A stretch of 64,000 nt of DNA from an uncultured Candidatus Saccharibacteria bacterium (GCA_964456475.1 CAYVZI010000004.1:7604-71603); one strand, 5' to 3'. Shown: positions 21,119 through 31,251, numbered from the stretch's first letter. A program made the numbers and translations. Notes: generated from the sequence alone by a model not told the origin.

Positions 21119-21474
21119 GTCATACCGGACCCCGATCCGGTATCCATTCGCATGAATCATAATTCATACTATGTATATATACTTGCAAACAAAAAACGAG
21201 GCACGCTATACATAGGTGTAACAAATAATTTAAAACGTAGAATATACGAGCATAAAAACAAGCTTGCTGATGGATTCACAAAAATCCACAAAGTGAACAA
21301 CTTTGTACATTACGAAGAAACCAACGATGTTCGTTCAGCAATTACTCGAGAAAAACAATTAAAAAATTGGCAAAGAATTTGGAAGATAGATTTAATTGAG
21401 TCAACGAACCCTGAGTGGAAAGACTTGGAGTTATAAACGGCCCGCATGGATCCCGGATCGGAGTCCGGGATGAC
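21119..21474. mobile_element. GIY-YIG cassette bounded by 28-bp inverted palindromic arms
   Basis: gtcataccggaccccgatccggtatcca (21119-21146) and tggatcccggatcggagtccgggatgac (21447-21474), 25/28 inverted match. Confidence 0.7.
21152..21436 (+). CDS. GIY-YIG nuclease family protein
   Basis: YYVYILANKKRGTLYIGVTNNLKRRIYEHK; AITREKQLKNW; NPEWKDL. Confidence 0.92.
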   Translation: MNHNSYYVYILANKKRGTLYIGVTNNLKRRIYEHKNKLADGFTKIHKVNNFVHYEETNDVRSAITREKQLKNWQRIWKIDLIESTNPEWKDLEL

Positions 21475-21572
21475 AACATAGGGCAAAGTCCAGGATGACC
21501 ATTTTTATTTTTATATCATTCATTCCACTAAATTCACGTAATATTATCTGCTTCTAGTGCTATAATAATTTC

Positions 21573-22232
21573 ATGGCATTAAGTGCACAAGCAACTCAAG
21601 AATTTGTTCCCATCAAAGAGGTCCGAGAGGGGACTATTGTTTTGAAGGATGGTGGACTTCGAGCAATCGTAGCGGTATCTTCCGTAAACCTAGCCCTCAA
21701 ATCGAACGATGAACAAATTGCCACAATCAACCAGTTTCAATCGTTCCTCAACTCTGTTGATTTTCCTATTCAGATTGTTGTTCAGTCGCGCAGGCTCGAC
21801 ATTAGACCCTACCTCCTCATGCTTGAAGGCAAAATGAAAGACCAGCATGAACCACTCCTTAAACTCCAAACCGCAGGATACATAAGCTTCATCCGTGAAT
21901 TTACCGAGCAAGTTGCAATCATGCGTAAATATTTTTATGTAGTAATCCCATACGATGAAGCGATACTCTCCACAAAGAAAGGTTTCCTTGGGGGATTACT
22001 TGGAAACAACAAAACCAGCGGATCTCAAACAAAAGATGAGATTGCCGCATTTGAAGAAAAAAGAACTCAGCTCGACGAACGAGTAAACGTTATTTCTTCT
22101 GGACTTGGTTCATGTGGAGCACGTACAGAAAGACTACAAACAGAAGAGGTAATCGAATTATTTTATAAGACTTTCAACCCGGGAGATATTCAGCCCGTTA
22201 TTTCGCTTGGGGATATGCCCCAAGCGAAATAA
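21573..22232 (+). CDS. TraC/VirB4-associated protein
   Basis: TQEFVPIKEVREG, SSVNLALKS.DEQ, FLNSVDFPIQIVVQSR. Confidence 0.7.
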   Translation: MALSAQATQEFVPIKEVREGTIVLKDGGLRAIVAVSSVNLALKSNDEQIATINQFQSFLNSVDFPIQIVVQSRRLDIRPYLLMLEGKMKDQHEPLLKLQTAGYISFIREFTEQVAIMRKYFYVVIPYDEAILSTKKGFLGGLLGNNKTSGSQTKDEIAAFEEKRTQLDERVNVISSGLGSCGARTERLQTEEVIELFYKTFNPGDIQPVISLGDMPQAK

Positions 22233-22301
22233 CGGGCTGTTAATTAGGAATTACGAATTAAGAATTAGGAGTGCCGCCCAAACGCAATTTAATGCATAGC
22301 G

Positions 22302-22658
22302 ATGAAAGAAAACAATATAATACAACAGAAAAGCTATGCCTTTGCCTTAAAAATTATTGTTATATATCAACATCTAACAAGGGAACAAAAAGAATTCATT
22401 CTTTCAAAACAACTGATCCGATCTGGAACTTCTGTTGGTGCAAATGTGGAAGAGGCGATTGGAGCTCAATCAAAAAATGACTTTACTGCAAAAATGAGCA
22501 TTGCCTACAAAGAAGCTCGCGAAACCCTCTATTGGATTCGATTACTCACTGACGGTAAGTTCCTACAAGACCCTCAATCTGTTACACTATTAAAAGACTG
22601 CGACGAACTCTTGCGAATACTTGGTTCTATAATTGCGAGCAGTAAAATTCGTAAGTAA
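22302..22658 (+). CDS. Four-helix-bundle protein (23S rRNA IVP / Avd-like family)
   Basis: KSYAFAL, LSKQLIRSGTSVGANVEEA, IAYKEARETLYW; flanked by inverted AATTAGG arrays at 22241-22270 and 22671-22701. Confidence 0.9.
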   Translation: MKENNIIQQKSYAFALKIIVIYQHLTREQKEFILSKQLIRSGTSVGANVEEAIGAQSKNDFTAKMSIAYKEARETLYWIRLLTDGKFLQDPQSVTLLKDCDELLRILGSIIASSKIRK

Positions 22659-22712
22659 TACTGTTTTCTCATTTTTAATTCCTAATTCCTAATTTTTAAT
22701 TTACTCTCATCT

Positions 22713-24551
22713 ATGGCACTCTTTGGATTATTCAACAAAAAAAAGGAGAATGGTGACAATTCTCGCATTCAGGCAAACGCCATGCCTATTTTTCCTGAGC
22801 AAATATATGAGGCGGCCTCACTCGAACTCAAAGACATCATTGCTCCCTCTGCACTCAAAATCGAACCTAAGTCTCTCAATCTCGGCGACAAAATTGCTCG
22901 CACCTATTTCGTCATTTCATATCCATCGATTCTCACTGACAACTGGCTCTCTCCAATCATCAACCTCGACAAAGTATTCGATATATCAATCACCATTCAC
23001 CCTGTCGAAACTGCTCAGATTCTTCGCACCTTCCAAAAGAAAGTAGCCGAAGTCCAGAGTCAGATAATGACCCGCGAAGCAAAGGGGATGGTGCGCGACC
23101 CAATGCTCGACATGGCAAACCGAAACCTGGAAGAACTTCGAGACCGTCTGACTCAAGCACAAGAAAAGATGTTTGATGTGGGACTCTACCTTACGATCTA
23201 CGCCGACAATGAGACCGAGCTCTTCAAAATCGAGAACGAAATCAAATCAATTCTCGAGGCGAAGCTCATCTACTTCAAGCCAGCCCTCTTCCAGCAAGAT
23301 GACGGATTCAAGAGCGTTATTCCGCTCGAAGACGACCATCTTCAAATCTATCAGAAACTCAACTCGGAACCGCTTTCGAGCTTCTTCCCGTTTGTATCAT
23401 TCGACCTCACCTCAGACAAAGGAATCCTCTACGGGGTGAATCGTCACAATTCCTCACTCATCATCTTCGACCGATTCAGTCTCGACAACTACAACTCAAT
23501 CATCTTCGCCACCTCTGGTGCCGGAAAATCATACGCGACAAAACTCGAAGTGATTCGCTGTCTCATGTTTGATACCGAAGTCATCGTAATCGACCCAGAA
23601 CGTGAATATGAACGCCTCGCAGAAGCTCTCGGTGGACGCTATTTCAATATCTCACTCAACTCTGGCTCACACATCAACCCATTCGACCTTCCACTTCCTG
23701 GTGAAGGGGAGACTGGAGCAGATATATTGCGCGGAAACGTGATCAATCTCGTTGGTCTTTTCCGCATCATGCTTGGAGGACTCTCTCCAGAAGAAGATGC
23801 GCTTGTTGATCGTGCAATTATGGAAACGTACGCCATCAAAGACATCACACCGGATTCTGATTTTTCACAAATTGAACCACCACTTCTTTCCGACTTCGAA
23901 ATGGTGCTTACCGGTATGGAGGGGACAGAATCAATCGTTTCCCGCCTTTCAAAATTCACTCACGGTTCATGGGCAGGATTCATCAACCAACCTTCAAACG
24001 TAGACATCAACAAAAAATTTGTAGTCTTCTCCGTGCGCGACATGGAAGACGACCTTAAGCCAGCAGCAATGTATATCGTGACCCACTTCATTTGGAACGA
24101 GGTTCGCAAAAACATCAAAAAACGTCTTTTGGTCGTGGATGAGGCATGGTGGATGATGAAATCAGACGATACGGCATCGTTCCTCTTCTCGATTGCCAAG
24201 CGTGGACGCAAATACTTCTTGGGACTCGCTACAATCACACAAGATGTGGGCGACTTCATGAAGAGTCCGTACGGAGTGCCAATCGTTACCAACTCATCAC
24301 TCCAACTCCTCCTGAAACAATCACCATCGACAGTAGATGTGCTTCAAAAGACGTTCAACCTCACTGATGAAGAAAAATATCTCTTGCTCGAGTGTAACAA
24401 GGGGGAGGGGATCTTCTTTGCCGGACTCAAACACGTGGCAATCAAGATTATTTCTTCATACACTGAAGACCAGCTCATCACGAGCGATCCTTCACAAATT
24501 CTCGCCCTCCAAAAATCTCGTACAGCTCTCACCGAGGCAGTAAAAAGCTAG
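22713..24551 (+). CDS. VirB4-like type IV secretion ATPase
   Basis: Walker A ATSGAGKS, IDPEREY, INPFD, Walker B VVDEAW, KRGRKY, TITQD. Confidence 0.9.
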   Translation: MALFGLFNKKKENGDNSRIQANAMPIFPEQIYEAASLELKDIIAPSALKIEPKSLNLGDKIARTYFVISYPSILTDNWLSPIINLDKVFDISITIHPVETAQILRTFQKKVAEVQSQIMTREAKGMVRDPMLDMANRNLEELRDRLTQAQEKMFDVGLYLTIYADNETELFKIENEIKSILEAKLIYFKPALFQQDDGFKSVIPLEDDHLQIYQKLNSEPLSSFFPFVSFDLTSDKGILYGVNRHNSSLIIFDRFSLDNYNSIIFATSGAGKSYATKLEVIRCLMFDTEVIVIDPEREYERLAEALGGRYFNISLNSGSHINPFDLPLPGEGETGADILRGNVINLVGLFRIMLGGLSPEEDALVDRAIMETYAIKDITPDSDFSQIEPPLLSDFEMVLTGMEGTESIVSRLSKFTHGSWAGFINQPSNVDINKKFVVFSVRDMEDDLKPAAMYIVTHFIWNEVRKNIKKRLLVVDEAWWMMKSDDTASFLFSIAKRGRKYFLGLATITQDVGDFMKSPYGVPIVTNSSLQLLLKQSPSTVDVLQKTFNLTDEEKYLLLECNKGEGIFFAGLKHVAIKIISSYTEDQLITSDPSQILALQKSRTALTEAVKS

Positions 24552-24616
24552 GGCTCCCTCTCCTTATTGAGAAGTATACATTCGTATTTCAGTTCATGCT
24601 GTTATATAATAACTGT

Positions 24617-25606
24617 ATGTTTCGCAAAGGATTACTACTGATTGTCTCTATCATATTTTTTTCGCTTCCATTCTCTGGAACTCTTTTTGCGCAGACTGCG
24701 GGGCAAATTTCTGTTGATATAATTCCTCAAAATCCAGGTCCGGATGAGACTGTTACCATCTATTTAAAAAGCTACTCTTTCAATATAAATACAGCATATA
24801 TTGAATGGTCTGCGGATGGCATTATGCAAAAAGGCGGAGTAGGAGTTACCTCATTCAAAGTTACAACAAAAAAACTGGGGGACACCACACAAGTCGCAGC
24901 AAAAATCACGCCAACAGGGTCAATTCCAATTATAAAAAATATCTCCATCACTCCAATGTCAGTAGATATACTCTGGCAAGCTACGGATTCGATCGTTCCA
25001 CCATTCTATAAAGGCAAGGCGATGCCTACATCAGAATCAAAAATCAAACTTGTGGCTCTTCCTCAAATCGTATCGGTATCAGGAAACCGCGTAGCACCTG
25101 AGGTTCTTGTATACAACTGGAAAGAAGAATATCAAAACAAACAAGCGAGTTCTGGATATGGAAAAAATTTTTTCTTTACAGAAATGGATTATTTGAATAC
25201 TCAAAAAAATGTCTCTGTTGATGTCTCTTCTCGAGATGGAGGTATTGCTACTAGAGGTTTTGTTGATGTTTCTTCAGTAGACCCAGAATTACGTCTGTAC
25301 GCTTCGAGCCCACTCTACGGACCGCTTACCGATACAGAACTCACTGATTCATTCACTGTATCGACTAGCGATATATCAATCGTTGCAATGCCATACTTCT
25401 TTTCACCAGGTAATCCATCCTCGTCACTTCTTGAATACAAGTGGCAATTGAATGGTTCACCAATTGGCACACCTGCCATTCCAAACGCGCTCTTTCTCCA
25501 TCGTGAATCAAATTCGACAGGGAACGCCACGCTTGAACTTGTCGTCACAAACATTACCAAGCTGTTCCAGTCCGGAACCGCACGTTTGAACCTAACCCTT
25601 CAATAG
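24617..25606 (+). CDS. Exported beta-rich (Ig-like) protein
   Basis: Signal peptide; VPPFYKGKAMP; YxW motifs. Confidence 0.65.
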   Translation: MFRKGLLLIVSIIFFSLPFSGTLFAQTAGQISVDIIPQNPGPDETVTIYLKSYSFNINTAYIEWSADGIMQKGGVGVTSFKVTTKKLGDTTQVAAKITPTGSIPIIKNISITPMSVDILWQATDSIVPPFYKGKAMPTSESKIKLVALPQIVSVSGNRVAPEVLVYNWKEEYQNKQASSGYGKNFFFTEMDYLNTQKNVSVDVSSRDGGIATRGFVDVSSVDPELRLYASSPLYGPLTDTELTDSFTVSTSDISIVAMPYFFSPGNPSSSLLEYKWQLNGSPIGTPAIPNALFLHRESNSTGNATLELVVTNITKLFQSGTARLNLTLQ

Positions 25607-25607
25607 T

Positions 25608-27395
25608 ATGAAGAAAAAAATATTTTCCTCGCTAGTGTGTGCACTATTGTTTTTTACAGGAGCATCTTTAGCAAAAGCTGAACTAACAGATATCAAAGGT
25701 GTTGTATCAGATCCAAAAATTACAATTTCAAGAATTGACGGGCAAATTATAGCAACCATTACAGGAACGCTCGATAGCAAAGGTGTCAAACTATACAACG
25801 ATACAAATGTATTAAGACCAATATACGCCCTTTATCAAAAACGTGATGTCAATACAAAAAACAGTGCTTGGAGTGACCGGGATGAGGCTGTTAGAGATCC
25901 AATAAGATGCAATCTTGACCCAGATACGCCACCAGAAGAAATTGGTGGATTGTCTTTTATTTGTACTGTTCCGAACTTAACCTATGGAACATACGTTTTT
26001 GACGTTGGTATTCTGTTTTCTTCTTTTAGCGATAGCTACAGTGTGCTAAATAATAATTTTATTATTGAAAACGTCACTGATGTTCCTTACAAGAGCGGTG
26101 TTGATGCGTCTGTTTCTATTACCCCAAACACCGACAGCTCGGTCAGTGTTACTGGATATTTAAATACCCCAGCCAAAGAAAGTTCAAAGGCTCTGAACAT
26201 AATCTATGGTGAAGTTTTTACATTTGACATACCGAACCAAAAAAGAACTCAAATCAAGGGTTATCAAGCTGACGTTTTGACAAAAGAGCCTGTGGTTGTT
26301 CATAAATCAGAAAATCCTCCTTCGTATAATGCAATTTTTACACCACCAGGTCCTGGAACTTATGTTTTGGCTGTTGTTGATAGCTCGGGTGCGCTTCTGA
26401 GCTCGTATAAGCAATTTACAGTTGTTGGAACGGGTATAAACCCAGATTCAGACAATGGTATCGGTCCAAATGCACTTGGCTGTGTCAACGAGAAAGACAA
26501 CAAGAGTTACTGTCTCCTCGCCCCACTGCCTGGAGTAGGGGACACTACGGGCAAGCTCGATGTAAGCACCGGAATTGGAAATTATTTCAACATGATTATC
26601 AAACTCGTCATGGGTATCATTGGTGTACTTGCCGTACTTATGGTGGTTGTGGGAGGTATTGAATACATGTCTACCGTCAACCTTGGCGAAAAGGAAGGTG
26701 CTCGCGCCCGAATTACCAGCGCTATTCTCGGTCTTCTCCTAGCTCTTGGTGCATTTCTCATCCTAAAAACAATCAATCCCGACCTCGTGAATGTAAATAT
26801 TGGAGTGCCAAAGGGGGTCATTGTGGAAGGAGACCCCGGAGATGATATTGACGAATCTGATGCGAAGATAGCAAACAGTGGTGCGATAACTCCCGGCGTG
26901 GTTGTCCCGACTGGAACAGCTCAGGAACTAGCAAAACAAATTCTCAATAGTTCAAAAATTACCTTGGCAACAGAATCTTGGAATGGCGGACCATCCGCAA
27001 CAGCAAGACAAAATATTTTAGACACAATCAACGGTCAAGGTGCGGTAACGAGTACAAGGGGATCAAAAGGTGGTGCTCGCGTGCCTCTCCAAACAAGTGT
27101 ACTTGCTGGAGCAATTGCTGTCTCAAACGTAACCCCGATTCAAATAAATGCATTTGTAAACGGAAGACATGATTCTTCGTTGTCTCGGCATTACATTGGA
27201 GCGGCGATGGACATTCAATCTGCGCCATCAGAGATACAGCGCACAAAGACAATTCTCGGTGCTTGTAAAGCAGCAGGAGCGACTGAATTTTTGGGACCAT
27301 GCAACAACAACCTTTCAAAAAAAATATGTGACGCAACCGGCTTTCCCACAAACAGTGGGCATCAAACTCACATACACTGTGGTTGGCCACGTTAA
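25608..27395 (+). CDS. Protein with a pilin-like TM hairpin and a C-terminal M15/LAS-type Zn-peptidase-like domain
   Basis: GVLAVLMVVVGGIEYM...ITSAILGLLLALGAFLILKTINPDL; SRHYIGAAMD...HQTHIH. Confidence 0.65.
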   Translation: MKKKIFSSLVCALLFFTGASLAKAELTDIKGVVSDPKITISRIDGQIIATITGTLDSKGVKLYNDTNVLRPIYALYQKRDVNTKNSAWSDRDEAVRDPIRCNLDPDTPPEEIGGLSFICTVPNLTYGTYVFDVGILFSSFSDSYSVLNNNFIIENVTDVPYKSGVDASVSITPNTDSSVSVTGYLNTPAKESSKALNIIYGEVFTFDIPNQKRTQIKGYQADVLTKEPVVVHKSENPPSYNAIFTPPGPGTYVLAVVDSSGALLSSYKQFTVVGTGINPDSDNGIGPNALGCVNEKDNKSYCLLAPLPGVGDTTGKLDVSTGIGNYFNMIIKLVMGIIGVLAVLMVVVGGIEYMSTVNLGEKEGARARITSAILGLLLALGAFLILKTINPDLVNVNIGVPKGVIVEGDPGDDIDESDAKIANSGAITPGVVVPTGTAQELAKQILNSSKITLATESWNGGPSATARQNILDTINGQGAVTSTRGSKGGARVPLQTSVLAGAIAVSNVTPIQINAFVNGRHDSSLSRHYIGAAMDIQSAPSEIQRTKTILGACKAAGATEFLGPCNNNLSKKICDATGFPTNSGHQTHIHCGWPR

Positions 27396-27452
27396 AAAAC
27401 AGAAATCCCAGACTTTCAACTTTGAGCTTTCTCCTTTATACTTAGCCTATAG

Positions 27453-29123
27453 ATGTCCCGCGGAAAACTTCTCATCATCATTGCAGTCGTAATACTCGTC
27501 ATTGGCGGGTGGATGTTTTTGTCTTCCAAAAAATCTAATACTGTAGATTCTGACGGTACCCAAAAAAGTCTTTTGAGTACATTGTTTCCTTTTGGAAAGA
27601 ACTCTACAATCGACAATCCAACGCAGAACACTGATGGAGGGGATAACGGCAACAGCGACCAATCATCAACTCCAAATGCTCAAAAATACTTAACCCAAAT
27701 AACAAGCATCGCAACAGCAGGATACACAACCCTTCCAACTGACACCAGGCCAATAGTACAACACGACGTGTCTGGTGAAGTAAGCACTGAGGTAATTCAA
27801 ACGATATTACCAGGCGTACGCTTTGCAGAACGTGGCACTGGATACTTATACGATACCGATGTAAAAGGTCAGAACCTAAAAAAGGTTTCGGGGACAATTA
27901 TTGCAAGAACAGCAGAAGCACTTTTTGCCGACAACGGAGCGACTGCTATTTTGCGATACATAAAGACTGACAACACAACGATTGCAACATTTTTGGGTAA
28001 ATATACTCCGTCAAAAAACACACTAGAGGCTGGGTCACTTACTGGGGCATTTCTTCCCGAAAAGATTTCGACTATTCTCGTTTCTGCAGACCAAAAGAGC
28101 CTCTTGTATCTACTTCCTACTCCAAATGGCTCAGCTGCAATATCAATCAAAACAGACGGAACCGGCAGAAAACAACTCTGGAGTAGTGCCTTTAGCGAAT
28201 GGATTCTCGACTGGGCAAACAAATCTATTCTCGCAACAACCAAAGCAAGTGGTTCCGTCCCAGGATACGCCTATACCATCGATACGGCTGGCACCTTTCA
28301 AAAAATAATCGGGGGTGTCGATGGACTCACAACAAAATCGAGTCCTAATGGAAAATATATTCTGTATAGTGTCTCAGGTGGTGATGGTTTGAGTCTTCGT
28401 ATTCATCGCACAAGCGAAGGAACGTCAATAAACACAGGACTACAAACCCTTCCCGAAAAATGTGTCTGGGGAACAGAGTCTTCGTATTTCTACTGTGCTG
28501 CTGGACAAACAATCCCAAAAGGGGAGTATCCTGATGATTGGTACAAAGGGGCTGTCCATTTTAATGACAGCTTCTGGAAAGTGCAGGCTGAAAACGGTAC
28601 AACCGAACAAGTAAATGATGGTGAAGGAAACTATCTTGATGCTACCAATCTGTCATTCGATCAAACAGGAAAATATCTTGTGTTCATCAACAAAAAAGAT
28701 ACTTCTCTCTGGTCTCTGGATACCAACCCAAACAAAGTACAGTCTAACACTTCAAAAAACGCTCCTAGTTTTAATACAACTAAAAACGAAATTGTGATAA
28801 ATGGAGATACGACTGAAACCAATAACTGTGGAAGTATTGGTTGTTTTCAAGAGAATTTCAAGTCTTGTACTCCAGCAAATAATACAGCCGATATGTCACC
28901 ATTAGGAACTTTTTCCTCTACTATAATAGGAAAAGTGACGGGAGGTTGCAGTGTTAAATTTGTGTATACCAAAAACATCAATCCTACATGGGTAAATCAA
29001 CCAATGACCTGCACCTTGGATAACACAAAGGATTTTGAGGCCGTAGAAAAAAAGGTTTTGAGCGATACAGTACAGGGGACAAGCAATTGTACTGGCCCCT
29101 TGGCTTCGCTTCTTAGACAATAG
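27453..29123 (+). CDS. Membrane-anchored beta-propeller-like protein with Cys-rich C-terminal domain
   Basis: N-terminal TM; SPNGKYILYS, TLPEKCVW, YPDDWY. Confidence 0.6.
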   Translation: MSRGKLLIIIAVVILVIGGWMFLSSKKSNTVDSDGTQKSLLSTLFPFGKNSTIDNPTQNTDGGDNGNSDQSSTPNAQKYLTQITSIATAGYTTLPTDTRPIVQHDVSGEVSTEVIQTILPGVRFAERGTGYLYDTDVKGQNLKKVSGTIIARTAEALFADNGATAILRYIKTDNTTIATFLGKYTPSKNTLEAGSLTGAFLPEKISTILVSADQKSLLYLLPTPNGSAAISIKTDGTGRKQLWSSAFSEWILDWANKSILATTKASGSVPGYAYTIDTAGTFQKIIGGVDGLTTKSSPNGKYILYSVSGGDGLSLRIHRTSEGTSINTGLQTLPEKCVWGTESSYFYCAAGQTIPKGEYPDDWYKGAVHFNDSFWKVQAENGTTEQVNDGEGNYLDATNLSFDQTGKYLVFINKKDTSLWSLDTNPNKVQSNTSKNAPSFNTTKNEIVINGDTTETNNCGSIGCFQENFKSCTPANNTADMSPLGTFSSTIIGKVTGGCSVKFVYTKNINPTWVNQPMTCTLDNTKDFEAVEKKVLSDTVQGTSNCTGPLASLLRQ

Positions 29124-29192
29124 GAGAAATCCTAAAACACGCAGCATGATACCCGAATCGCTTTGCGGTTCGGGTATCTCTAATAGTATCTA

Positions 29193-29669
29193 TTATATTT
29201 TTTCTGACTCTTTAAATCGAATCACAATATGGCGTTTTGGTCCGTCTCCTTGTGATTCTGTACATACATCAGGTATATCTTGGAGAAACTCGTGTACAAT
29301 CTTGCGATCGCGCGGGGACATTGGTTCAAGTTCAACACTCGATTTAAAATAGCGAGCTCGTTCTGCCATCATGTGAGCTACGGTTCGAAGACTTTCTATT
29401 TTTTTCTTTTCAAAATTATTGGCATCAATAACTATACGTGGGTATGCAGTATCTTCTTTTGACAATTGCTCAACGATTCGAGAAGAGAGATGGTTGAGTG
29501 CTGAGAGGGCTTCGGCATCACGTGCAAAAAGAAGGCGGGTGTGGGGAGAGGTGATAGAAAACCAAATAGTGTTTGATTTTTCATCAAACGAGATAGTGAC
29601 GTCTTGCTCGGTAAAACCAAAATGTTCAAGGAGTCCGCTTATATTTTTGTGTATCTCTGTATGATTCAT
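29193..29669 (-). CDS. Jag/KhpB-like KH-R3H RNA-binding protein
   Basis: LEPMSPRDRKIVHEFL...TESQGDGPKRHIVI; downstream of yidC. Confidence 0.85.
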   Translation of the reverse strand: MNHTEIHKNISGLLEHFGFTEQDVTISFDEKSNTIWFSITSPHTRLLFARDAEALSALNHLSSRIVEQLSKEDTAYPRIVIDANNFEKKKIESLRTVAHMMAERARYFKSSVELEPMSPRDRKIVHEFLQDIPDVCTESQGDGPKRHIVIRFKESEKI

Positions 29670-29720
29670 ATTAGGGGTTTCGGTTTGAAATTTGGCTCTC
29701 ACGGTTTAAGACTTTGCAGT

Positions 29721-30449
29721 TTATGCTTCCTTTTCAACCTTAAACTTACGCTTTGTATACAATTCCTGGCCGATAGTAAAGATATTACTCGTAATCCAAT
29801 AAAGCGCAACAGCTGATGGGAAGAGGAAATACGAGAGTCCAGCGGTCATAATAGGAAGCCCATAAAGCATTTGGAGCTGCATATTACGAGCGAATTGCGC
29901 CTGCATACCATCACCAGTAGGTTTTGATTGGCGACCTTGCATGAGCTTTGCTTGAACGAACTGTGTTCCGCCGACCAATAGAGCAAAAATAATACTGTGT
30001 TTTGCTGAAAGATCTATGAGTCCGAGGAAGTTTAGATTGATAGATGCTGGTTGTTGTGCAAAAGAGTAGAGCGCCGCTGGCGTAATATCCCCAAGAACGC
30101 CCAAAAATGCGCGATAGAGAGCGATAAGTACCACAGCTTGAACAAGGAGGGGAAGACAACTTGAGAATGGGCTGATGTTCTTTTCTTTGTAGAGAGCAAA
30201 AATTTGTTTGTTTTGTTCAACCTTATCTGTAACACGCTGTTTGATTGCATCCACCTCTCCTTGCACACTATTCATCTTAATTTGACCCTCAATAGCCTTT
30301 TGGTTGAGGGGGAATAGAATCAATTTAATGATAATCGTGATAATAATGACAACGAGCCCAAAATCTCCGTTTGGCAAAAAGGCAATACCTACAATAAGTG
30401 CATTATAAAATGGCTGGTAAAAAACTGCGTTCCAAAAAGTTGATAACAT
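29721..30449 (-). CDS. yidC: Membrane protein insertase YidC
   Basis: IITIIIKLILFPL, LYKEKNISPFSSCLP, SAVALYWITSN; synteny. Confidence 0.93.
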   Translation of the reverse strand: MLSTFWNAVFYQPFYNALIVGIAFLPNGDFGLVVIIITIIIKLILFPLNQKAIEGQIKMNSVQGEVDAIKQRVTDKVEQNKQIFALYKEKNISPFSSCLPLLVQAVVLIALYRAFLGVLGDITPAALYSFAQQPASINLNFLGLIDLSAKHSIIFALLVGGTQFVQAKLMQGRQSKPTGDGMQAQFARNMQLQMLYGLPIMTAGLSYFLFPSAVALYWITSNIFTIGQELYTKRKFKVEKEA

Positions 30450-30505
30450 AAGGACAGTATAGCACGATACCCCTGGAGCATTAAACCAAAAGATGGGTTT
30501 TGCTT

Positions 30506-30775
30506 TTATGTTTTCGTGTTTTTTTGATCTAGTGGTTCAGGTACCAAATCGACACCTGGCTCGTTTCTTGGATTACACCTCCAGATTCGCTGTGTTCCAA
30601 GCCAAAACCCCTTAAAAACACCGTACATAACGATGGCTTGCTTCATATACTCAGAACATGTTGGATAATACATACAGACCTTCTTTTGTACGCCAAAATA
30701 GCGGGGGAGCAACCCCTGATCGAAAGACAAATATTTCTGGTAGAAGGAAATTGTTTTGATTAAAAGATATCTCAT
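30506..30775 (-). CDS. yidD: Membrane protein insertion efficiency factor
   Basis: CMYYPTCSEY...RIWRCNP...GVDLVP. Confidence 0.92.
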   Translation of the reverse strand: MRYLLIKTISFYQKYLSFDQGLLPRYFGVQKKVCMYYPTCSEYMKQAIVMYGVFKGFWLGTQRIWRCNPRNEPGVDLVPEPLDQKNTKT

Positions 30776-31116
30776 TCTTTATAGATTTTTGCCTGAAGGA
30801 ATATATTTTTCAGTTCTTCTCTTAAAACGGGGATAGGAGTTGTCTGGTCGGCAACCCCATACGATATGAGAATTACCGCTCTTGGGGACAGGTGGGGTAT
30901 AAGTGGCGAAACCGCGCTATAGCCCCGTCGACGGAGTTTGTTTCTAAGAACTGCCTTGGGGGCTATCTTTTTTGAAGCTGAAAATGATACTTGTGGAGCA
31001 GTATTTCCAGGAATTTCAGTATATAAAACAAGAAAGCGCGAAGTTTTCAACCTTCGGCCTCTTAGGAGATGCTTTTCTATGGTTAGCTTCGAAACTCGAG
31101 AGATTTTAGGAAGCAT
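30772..31116 (-). CDS. rnpA: RNase P protein component
   Basis: MLPK start; SKKIAPKAVLRNKLRRRGY (RNR-like motif); synteny. Confidence 0.88.
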   Translation of the reverse strand: MLPKISRVSKLTIEKHLLRGRRLKTSRFLVLYTEIPGNTAPQVSFSASKKIAPKAVLRNKLRRRGYSAVSPLIPHLSPRAVILISYGVADQTTPIPVLREELKNIFLQAKIYKE

Positions 31117-31128
31117 ATAGTTTATGGG

Positions 31129-31251
31129 AGAAATTTCGCAGGTAGATGCAGTTCAAGGCGCGAGTGAGGCTTCCAACTAAAATGTACTTAGATATACATT
31201 GCAGGAGGAAACGAGTGAGCAACGCGGAAATGCGCTATCTGTGGAATTTCT
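31129..31251. repeat. About 120-nt structured palindromic element between rpmH and rnpA
   Basis: gaaatttcgcaggtag pairs with ctatctgtggaatttc; inner aatgta..tacatt stem. Confidence 0.6.

Noticed and set aside
13790-29123. Integrative conjugative element
   Set aside because: No integrase, relaxase or att repeats seen; flanked by core genes.
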